Shown: positions 53,901-64,000 of the stretch, piece after piece
Numbering within the stretch: position 1 is the first letter of the stretch
Layout of the letters: the number at the start of each line of letters is the position of its first letter
Assembly: GCF_006345805.1 (NCBI RefSeq)
Contig: NC_043001.1
Span: forward strand, 8,928,001 to 8,992,000
DNA length: 64,000 nucleotides
DNA from: Octopus sinensis
Lineage: Eukaryota
Direction: 5' to 3'
Notes under the pieces: generated by a model
What the model was told of the DNA's origin: nothing
The model's database searches: none
The model's input: only the letters and a program-made list of their open reading frames with translations
Program-made: the position numbers and the translations under genes

Positions 53901-54809
53901 AAGACCACTTAAACCAATTTCTTAGACAGCTTTATGGTCAATACACAAACGATGTAACAAAAGAATTAAGATCTAAATATATGTGTGCGCGTATTTTCCA
54001 GTCTGATAATAAACTGACAGAAAGCGAGCAAAGCAAAGAAAACGAAACATTAGTGAATAAACTAAATAGAAAATAGTTTCCAAGTGAAAGACATTAGATG
54101 TTTTAAAACTAGTTCTCTTAATGGCTTGCTATTTTTTCTCCATTGTGTTTTTACATTTATCTCATTTGAGTTAATGATACGTAATGTGTATAAAGTTGTG
54201 TAGACAGAGTGATTTACTGGCAACATATCTATCGGTTATTCATGTGGTGTCATATAATGTTCGCGGACAAGACACCTCTACACTGAGTAGTCTGTATGAC
54301 TGAATGCAGGCGTCACGGGATGTGAGAGGTTATTCTCTAAGGAACGTGTCACATTAGAAAAGGGGCGAATCTTTTCTTGGTTCTCTGTATTATGTTCCAT
54401 ACGACTGGTCGGATGCAATTTAGACAGTAGAATTCTTCGATAAGCTACAATACTTTTGGCATTTTGGGTTAATGTACTTCATTATCAATGGAACAATAAT
54501 TAGGTTATTGCTCATATAGAAGGTTGTAGTTTGTGAAAGGAAATTTAGTTTCTCAGTGGTGGTGGTGGTAGTGGTGTTAAGTCCCTGTATTCGTACTCGA
54601 TCAGACGTATGACAAGAGGTATTCTAGCCGAAACAATCTCTTTATTTCTCTCTGACTTTGTGCAATTTGAAATAAAACATGTTCAGTCTATCCGGCAGAA
54701 TGTGGTTGGTATTTCTTGAAGATTAAGCAAGCATGGAGAAGCCCCTCTCGTCAATCATGCCTTGTTTCACTATCTGAAACAATAAACATGGGGTGAACTT
54801 TATAAGAAA

Positions 54810-55203
54810 CTAGCAGTATCGCCCGGCGTTGCTCGGGTTTGTAAGGGAAATAACTATATAAGCATTTTTAGAGAGTTATAGCCAAAAGATAGCAAAAAAG
54901 CATTAAAAATGGAAAAAAAATGATGGCAATTTTTTTTTAAATCGTTGACTCATCGTAGACATTTTTAGAGAGTTACTTCCTTTATATAATAGCGAAAAAA
55001 ATACATTAAAATGGAAAAAATGATAGTAATTTTTTTTTAAATCGTAGACTCATCGTAGACGCGCGCTAATACCCAGAAGGGCTCGATATGAATCACGACT
55101 ATAAGATACCCGGTTTTGGTTAAACTGCACCGCAAAATGTGGCAGTAGTTAGGAATCTAAATCATAGGAGACAGACACACAACTTGACTTTTATATATAA
55201 AGA
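54810..55203 (-). mobile_element. Complete non-autonomous Helitron
   Basis: Minus strand starts A|TCtttatatataaaag and ends cccgagcaacgccggg hairpin + cgatactgCTAG|T; internal ~97-bp tandem duplication at 54863-55060. Confidence 0.88.
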
Positions 55204-57469
55204 TAAGTACTTTGTTCGTTGGTAATTCGAAGTTGAAAATCAGCATTTGTCTATACAGAAAGAAGTTTGAATATATTCCCATAAACTCCAGACTATATAC
55301 TGTAAACAGCTCAGTTTTGTCATAGGTTCCCGTTCGTATTTTAATAGTGTGACAATTATAAAGTTTTGCAAACTACAGCCAACGAATAAACAACCTCGTA
55401 GAATTATTGTATGTTATATGGAATGTTTTTCGTAATCTATGCAGCTAAGATATTTAAGGTATTAGTTATTATTTATATTATTTGGTTTTGGGCTGGAAAG
55501 AAATGCTCCATCATTGATCTTATGGGTCCCTTGGTTAGTGATATCAAAGAGTTTAGTATTTGTATTAGATTACATGTCTACTGCTGCACAAACGACAGGC
55601 ATGTACAGACAAGGACTTCCGGGAAGAAGACATCCTCCGGAAGAAGGACACATTGGATTCTGGGAGTGTGTGAGGCCTAGAAATAGGAAACAATTTTGAT
55701 AAACAAAAAAAAAGGGAGATGACTGACTCGAGAATACGAGAATACTTGAATGCATGTGGAATAAAAACCAGCTTCTAAAAGCAGATACAACTGAAGTTTG
55801 TTAGAATAGTGAAGGAAAATGAACACCGCAACATGGAGCCACGGGTTGGGATGGGATTGTGGGCAACATGCGGTCAATCATGACGTCACTTTGGATAAGG
55901 TTAGTGTTAGTGTATGTAGATTCAGAACCGTCATGGATGGAAGAAGATTACTCCCAAGTGAGTTCCACGTGATCTGCGTAGAATGTTAATCGTCGTGTGT
56001 TCTACTTCTGAAGATGCATTTTATTACATTTAGAATATACGTTCACCAAGAAAAGTCCTTACAGGTAGAGTTGCCCAGCGTATGAGAAACGCTTAGGGAC
56101 ACGCTGTCAATGGTTTAAATAAACAACTCTTTCTTTAATACCATCTGTCTTTATTTTATGTTGCATCACCTAAATTACAGATCAGTACTAAATTTCTCAA
56201 CACAAATTGACACAGAATTGCTATTTAGATTTGCATAGAGAAAAATATAGCTTTCCATGCGTTTGTGTTGTATGCAATAATATTGTTACTGTTGAAAGTA
56301 TCTACTTTGTAATAATTGCCACTGCTTGAATGTTCTTGAATTTTGGCTACTTACAATATGCTGCTTACGAAGAATGGCGATCTCTTATGTTCTGTCTTTA
56401 CCGGAATTCAATTTCCTTATACACTAATACATTTCATACGGTATCTTTTTGTGCTTACAATAAATGAATATTTGTAATATTAACAACAGAAAATGTATTT
56501 TCTTCAGGAATATATATATATATAATATCTTGTTTTATGCGATTTTTTCCTTCAGACAAAATGAAAGTTATTCTACAATATGATTTTATGTTCGAGGAAA
56601 TAGAAGAAAAGGAACTTTGCAACTTCTCTTTTCGTAAATACAGTATCATTTTTACAAATGAAAATATCTGCATGATGATAATCCACAACATATTCAGTAC
56701 CTTACATTTGTCGTAGAAATAAGCGAAGATATGAGGATATCTTCTATAAATATCTTTCGAAAAAGATACATCCTGGTTAATATTAAATTTACTTTTACAA
56801 AGTCATGTCTCTGTAGAAAAGGAAAACCAAAGCAGATTTCGGTAGAATAAATAGTAAAATGCATCCATATATCAATAAAGTTGGCAAATTTGAATAATTT
56901 TGAATCCTATAGGGAGACTCGTGTTGTAACGATTCAATATAAATTTGTTCAGTTCTATCTTAAAATCTTTAAATCTTTCTCTCTGAAGAAAGGCTTTGAT
57001 AGAAAATTCAGAACAGACATTCCCTGTGGTATACACGGTTATTCAAATATGCAAACACTACTATAAGTAATTTTGTTGCTACAATCCACCGTTCTGTACG
57101 AGTTACTCTCGGGAGTTGGACATGGCGTTATTGTTAGCGTTAGAACAATAACATTAAATTTTGTTAATTGTTTAATATAATCACTGCTATACTTGATTAT
57201 CGATAATCAAACAAAGCTGATTCAGAAGATACCAGCATCATGCTGACGACTTCTATTTGCTAGATTATATCAAGAAGATATTTATAATATAACTGCACTA
57301 TAACATGACACTAACTTCAGCAAAATAAAATTGCATTCAATATAAAACTATAACTTACTTACGTGTCACAACGTGCGAGGGGAGCACCAAATAAAAGAGA
57401 CAAGTAGAAATATATAGCACCAAACACTTGATCATTACGTCGTCACTAAATGGGCTAAGGATAACAAAC

Positions 57470-57675
57470 ATTATGATTATTGACTGAGAGAGCAGTGCAT
57501 TGCATCAAAGTGATACTGTGGTAAAATGTACGAAGCCCAGTGTACACATCATGACTACCCGTCTGATAAGGCTACACTAGGCACATGCATCACAACCATA
57601 TGTGCGCGACATGGTGATCTCATATGAAGATAAACAGCACATGACCTTGCAGGTGGGGCCCAGTTAGAATTTTCT
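57470..57675 (-). mobile_element. Probable non-LTR retrotransposon 3' UTR fragment with (AAT)-like tail
   Basis: More GC-rich block ending ctctctcagtcaataatcataat on the minus strand; family not determined. Confidence 0.45.
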
Positions 57676-57707
57676 GTATGTCTGCTTTTATTTTTAATAT
57701 GCATATA

Positions 57708-57869
57708 GGCGCAGGAGTGGCTGTGTGGTAAGTAACTTGCTAACCAACCACATGGTTCCGAGTTCAGTCCCACTGCGTGGCATCTTGGCCAAGTGTCTTC
57801 TGCTATAGCCCCGGGTCGACCAATGCCTTCTGAGTGGATTTGGTAGACGGAAACTGAAAGAAGCCTGTC

Positions 57870-57950
<81 letters not shown>

Positions 57951-58163
57951 TGTGTCTGTGTTTGTCCACCTAGCATTGCTTGACAACCGATGCTGGTGTG
58001 TTTACGTCCCCGTCACTTAGCGGTTCGGCAATAGAGACCGATAGAATAAGTACTGGGCTTACAAAGAATAAGTCTCGGGGTCGATTTGCTCGACTAAAGG
58101 CGGTGCTCCAGCATGGCCGCAGTCAAATTACTGAAACAAGTAAAAGAGTAAAAAGAGAAAGAG
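57708..58163 (+). mobile_element. SINE B, full length, expanded internal (TA)n(TG)n
   Basis: Matches the other B copies end to end. Confidence 0.93.
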
Positions 58164-58656
58164 TATAGGATATATGTATACGTGAATACAACTGATTACC
58201 TGTAGTTGGACACACAGTCGTGTGTGGAGGCGTTGGATGTGTGTGTGTTTGTGTGTGTGTGCATGTATGTGCCGTAGCTAGACAAACGGCCCTACAGGTA
58301 CTTGTTGAACTATTTATTCTCAGAGAGTGCAACAAAATTACTTAGGACTGTTGCTAGGGAAAGCAGGAAATCTTACCTCCGAAAATCTGATTAAACTGAA
58401 TGCAACAGAATGGAATATGCTGAAGGTTGCTTCGATGAGCTTCTGCACACTTTCCTTCAGCCCAATTGCAACCACAACATATCGGCCGAAACGATACCAT
58501 GGTAGGACCAACCTAATCAATATGCGTTACTTACTTCATACAGATGGCGCACAGATCTCGTGATCTCGGGTTTGTTCCTGTCATGAATGTCTTAGATTTA
58601 GTTTTAAATCTTATACAAATACATAGTGACATGTTACATATATGAAATAGACACAC

Positions 58657-58698
<42 letters not shown>

Positions 58699-58706
58699 TG
58701 TGTGTG

Positions 58707-58770
<64 letters not shown>

Positions 58771-58938
58771 GTAAACAGGGTTGGCGGTTATGGTAACCGA
58801 CTAAGGGATAAAATATCTGTATGTACTATCGGTATCCGTTACGCGTGTTATCTGAGGGCAATGGTGTGTGGACACACTATGCACGTGGAGGGCAGGTTAC
58901 AACAGGATAAACAAGAGTTTATCAGTAAACAAACACAG

Positions 58939-59138
58939 ATAATCAGAAATGGAGAAAACCTCAGATTAACAAACACTTCGATTAGACCACATTTATAGCC
59001 TATTTTCTAATACAAAACATCATATATATTTGTTACGCCACCTATTTGTTATGTCAGGTTTTGAGTTATAAAATTAGCTATAAATGTGGTCCAATCGATG
59101 GGTTTGTTAATCTGAGGTTATCTCCATTTTCTTATTAT
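58939..59138. repeat. Inverted repeat with ~75-bp arms and ~40-nt spacer
   Basis: aaatggagaaaacctcagattaacaaac... vs ...gtttgttaatctgaggttatctccattt. Confidence 0.85.
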
Positions 59139-59160
59139 TCATATATTGGTGTGCTAATAA

Positions 59161-59537
59161 GCAATGACCCAGTGGTTAGGGCAGCGGACTCGCGGTCGTA
59201 GGATCGCGGTTTCGATTCCCAAACCGGGCGTTGTGAGTGTTTATTGATCGAAAACACCTAAAGGCTCCACGAGGCTCCGGCAGGGATGGTGGTGATCCCT
59301 GCTGTACTCTTTCACCACAACTTTCTCTCACTCTTACTTCCTGTTTCTGTTGTACCTGTATTTCAAAGGGCCGGCCTTGTCACTCTCTGTGTCACGCTGA
59401 ATATCCCCGAGAACTACGTTAAGGGTACGCGTGTCTGTGGAGTGCTCAGCCACTTACACGTTAATTTCACGAGCAGGCTGTTCCGTTGCTCGGATCAACC
59501 GGAAACCTCGTCGTCGTAACCGACGGAGTGCTTCCAC
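59161..59537 (+). mobile_element. SINE family C
   Basis: aataagcaat duplicated at 59156 and 59538. Confidence 0.93.
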
Positions 59538-59685
59538 AATAAGCAATTTTACAACCTAAAGGTGGAAATATATACGTCAGCATCAGTATTGCGAGGAATA
59601 AGAGTCAAAACAACTCAGTAGCTAGAGAAAGCCCTATCTTTATGACAGACAAGGGAGACAAGCTCCATCCATTGGCAGATATAGC

Positions 59686-59746
59686 GAGGTCATTGATCAT
59701 TTCGCATTTCGATGCTCACGCATGTTAATGCTCATCAGTGGCTCTC
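59686..59746 (-). ncRNA. Degenerate type I hammerhead motif
   Basis: gagagcca-CTGATGA-gcatt...aatgc-GAAA-tgatc-aatgacctc; stem II good, stems I and III partly decayed. Confidence 0.5.
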
Positions 59747-60037
59747 AGCGCACCTAGGGTTAAACTCAGGGAGAGTCAGATAGACAGGCAGATACAGTGA
59801 CAGACACGGAGACAGAGAAACAGATGCAACCTCGATACTGTCCTATTTGTAGAGATTATTTAATTTCGGTGTGATTTGCTGCTATTACTAGCACGTTGAC
59901 CGGCTGTTTTGCTTTACAAACATTATTAGCATCTCAATATATATGTGCACATACGTAATACATATATGCAGACAGACACACATACATACGTACGTACTGA
60001 TATATATATATATATATAGATAGATATAGAGAGAGAT

Positions 60038-60110
<73 letters not shown>

Positions 60111-60112
<2 letters not shown>

Positions 60113-60300
60113 CGCAGGAGTGGCTGTGTGGAAAGTAGCTTGGTTACGAACCACATGGTTCTGGGTTCAGTTCCTCTGCGGGGCACTTTCGTGTCTTCTA
60201 CTATAGCCTCGGGTCGACCAAAGCTTTGTGAGTGGATTCGGTCGACGGAAACTTAAAGAAGCACACACACACACATACACACATATATATATATATATAT

Positions 60301-60373
<73 letters not shown>

Positions 60374-60575
60374 AGTTTGTGTGCCTGTGTTTGCAACTCC
60401 AACATCGCTTGACAACAGACGCTGGTGTGTTTACGTCCCCGTAACTTAGCGGTTCGGCAAAGAAACCGATAGAATAAGTGCTGGGCACACAAATAAGTCC
60501 TGGGATTGATTTGCTCGACTAAAGGCGGTGCTCTATCATGGCTGCAGTCATATGACTGAAACAAGTGTAAAAGAA
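60111..60575 (+). mobile_element. SINE B, full length, abutting (TA)n 60000-60110
   Basis: Matches the other B copies. Confidence 0.9.
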
Positions 60576-61489
60576 ATATATATACACTCACACACCCACA
60601 CAAATATATCTGAGTTGAGACAATTTCTCAATTAATATCGAAAATAGCTTTCTATCTTTACGCTATTTATTACATTCCCCTATTTGAAAGAAGTTGGAAA
60701 TTATCAGCAATTTCGAGGTACCATCAGACATTCTAAGTAATTCCATAATGGTAGAAATATTTTCAATTTTGCCGATTTAATTGAGTTTACGTGTGTGTAA
60801 GAAGTCATGATGCTTAATTTAACCTGTAACTGATATCATGTATGCAATTGACTCATAAAGATATTTGAAGCTTCCTACCGCAGAGAGCATTGTATTGTAT
60901 ATGTACTGTTAATATGAATCTTAACATGCAACGTATAAATTAGAACATATTACGCGTAATTTCACAATTACTCTGCAGTATATGTAATTCCGAATAGAAT
61001 ACATTATGGATAACCATTAAAGTAGACTATCTTGTGAATTCTATTTATGAAACGGGATGAAACTATAACTGCAGGCGCTGTCTAAAGAGTGCTAATATAA
61101 GACACAAGATCAAAGCGCGAGATCTTTTAAAGTCGAATCTCTATTCATCGTATTCGTTGGGCAGATAAGCCAACAGCCGGTTTGAATGAATAAATTATAT
61201 GTGCTAATGTAATTAAACACTGTCGCTGGTGTTGACTTTCTGCAATAACACCGACAATTATAGATAATTGTAAGCGGTTTGGCCATCCAGTAGTTTATGC
61301 ATTACTTTGTCTGAGGCTCCTTGAGAATATAAAGATAGTGGTTACTTTTTAACTCGAATTATTGCAAATAATATAAGGGAAGATAAATGGCAACTATTAG
61401 CATGTATTTAATTCCCAATAGTGTCAGCAGCGTATAACAGAAGGGAATAGATTAGATCGCTTTTCAATTCTATTAAATTAAGCGAATAA

Positions 61490-61800
<311 letters not shown>

Positions 61801-63074
61801 TTTTTTTTAATATCAGATAATCTTTGAAGCACATATATTTTGACACACTTTACAACTGCTACATAATGTATTTTATAGGATATCTCCATACACCACACTA
61901 GCCACTGCATCTATTTATTTTCTTCCAGATTGTGGTTTCTCTCGAGTGTCTGCTCTGCAGACAGAAGCCTATACTACACTCTGATAAAGTTCATCCTTGA
62001 CGCATTGTCACTACATGATTGACAGACATTCAATTAAAATTAAAAGATATTGCAAGCTGTATTGTCTACCATTTTGACAAAAATATGTACCCACCGCTTC
62101 TGTAACATTTCACCGTTGTCTCTGAGATTTTTCACGTCTGAGTTAATTTCGGTGGCTTTTGAACTCAAATTACGTAGGATCAAACATTTGAGACTGAGCA
62201 GAAGAGATAAACCTCCAAGAATATGCTGCTAGTTTCGTATTCAACAGTAAGGGATACAGGAAAACGTTTTTATTAATTTTATTAATTTTGCTGTCTCCCT
62301 TGTAGAGTTAAACTCCATTAATATAGTTTTGTTAATGAGAAGGTATTAAATATAAACACAAAATTTATTTTCCCTGCAACTGTCATCTCGGCTGTTACAC
62401 TGCTCATCTATATTCGATTTTAGAGAAACATATTGAAACGGAATGTCCAAAAGCAACATTTAAATATGTATTATCCGAGCCTGTTGCCTTTCGTCACAAG
62501 ATTTATCGGGTTTTAATCCAAAATTATTGTTCAAGCAGTCTGAAATATACTCCCGATCAATGTAACCCATTTAGCTCAGGACCGGTTTCACGCTGAGGTT
62601 GATGTGTTCGTCATTTAGAATAGGCTGACAAAAACTTTATTTTCCTAATATAATAAATGACTCTTCGGTACTTACTTAAGGATTTCCTATTAGCTGATCA
62701 TACAACGAACAGCCAAGGGAGTTCCATTGGAGATATCATAATTTGTAAGGCAGATATTTGTAGAGTATTCACTCCAAGTCACGTTAATCGATGCTGCATC
62801 ACGTTTGTACAACTTATTTACTTTTTCCTTTCCCTCCTTCAATGACGCCACAGTCTCACGGGAAATAATTTTACATTAATGTTAAAACGAACGTTCATAC
62901 ATTGATATACTCATTTTAGACAGTCACACTCCTTGGATTTGTAACTTAGCACTCAGTTTGCCTCAAGATATTTCTGAATTTATTTTTCTCCTTGTGTCTA
63001 TGCGAGTATTTAACTGTCTTAGACTTCTATTTGTCATAATCTGTTCATATACGCTTGCGTATCTATCTAGCTAT

Positions 63075-63080
63075 CGATAT

Positions 63081-63147
<67 letters not shown>

Positions 63148-63334
63148 TATTTCTTTATATAACACACGGCTTCACATCAAGAATCCTGCAAAACAAATAT
63201 ATTATATATATATATATATACCGATACAATAAGTACTAGGCTAAAAATGTACTGGAGGCAATTGTCTAAAATACTGCAGGGCGGTGGCTCTGGATGGTTG
63301 AAATCTAATAGCTGAAAGAGGTTAAAGGCAAAGG

Positions 63335-63431
<97 letters not shown>

Positions 63432-63565
63432 TGTTGTATTTAGGAATGGTCATGTTGCCAGTTTAGCCAATAAAATTCCTAAATAAAACATCTGTTTCAA
63501 CACACGGCTTCGCATCAAGAATCTTGCAAAACAAATATATTTTATATATATATATATATATATAA
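63075..63565. repeat. (TA)n/(TG)n tracts with a SINE B tail remnant (63220-63330) and a ~45-bp direct repeat
   Basis: aacacacggcttc(a/g)catcaagaatc(c/t)tgcaaaacaaatatat at ~63161 and ~63499. Confidence 0.85.
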
Positions 63566-64000
63566 TTTAAGGACAGAGGTAAAAGGAAAGCAAAAGACCA
63601 AAACAACAAAACGTGGATGTAGCACAAGCAATATATTAGTCTGACATTCAGACAAGGAAAAGAGTAGTTGTTTTATGTTTTGCGTATAGCTCTGCTTCGG
63701 AGACTAGAAAAGAGGAAATTCCGAACGGAAGAAGGAATAAAGAGAAAAGACACAGGTGATTACATTTCTGAAGTGATTGGAAGTAGGAGAAACAGAACGA
63801 GCTTTCTCAGAGACGAGACATGCATAAATATTAAAGGAAATAGAAAAATGCATTTGACACATTCGAAATTTATTTACATTATAATATGAGAAATTATACT
63901 ATAAAATGTTAAAATATCGTAAAATATAATAAATAATTAGAACACACACACGCACACACATATATATATTTCCTAAAATTTGTGAGTCTATTTTACGATT

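Overview
AT-rich, repeat-saturated animal DNA. No host protein-coding gene, rRNA, true tRNA or CRISPR array can be supported. The mix of long (TA)n/(TG)n/(TAA)n microsatellites and tRNA-derived SINE families resembles an octopus (coleoid cephalopod) genome; this is inference from repeat content. Almost all ORFs in the track are microsatellite or SINE artefacts. Contents: more than 30 SINE copies or fragments from families labelled A to E here, which share and swap modules; fragments of R4/Dong, CR1, RTE, L1/Tx1-like and Penelope-like retrotransposons; two related MITEs with 8-bp TSDs; a complete non-autonomous Helitron; possible hAT fossils. The most notable signal is a set of type I hammerhead ribozyme (HHR) motifs in Penelope-like or retrozyme-like elements. 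One (26949-27021, minus) looks fully intact, and a 130-bp inverted duplication begins within 1 nt of its predicted cleavage site. Also notable: a young Dong element inside the (TAA)n tail of a probable CR1 LINE, and recurrent SINE dimers sharing one junction. All alignments were made by eye; boundaries of degenerate elements are approximate.
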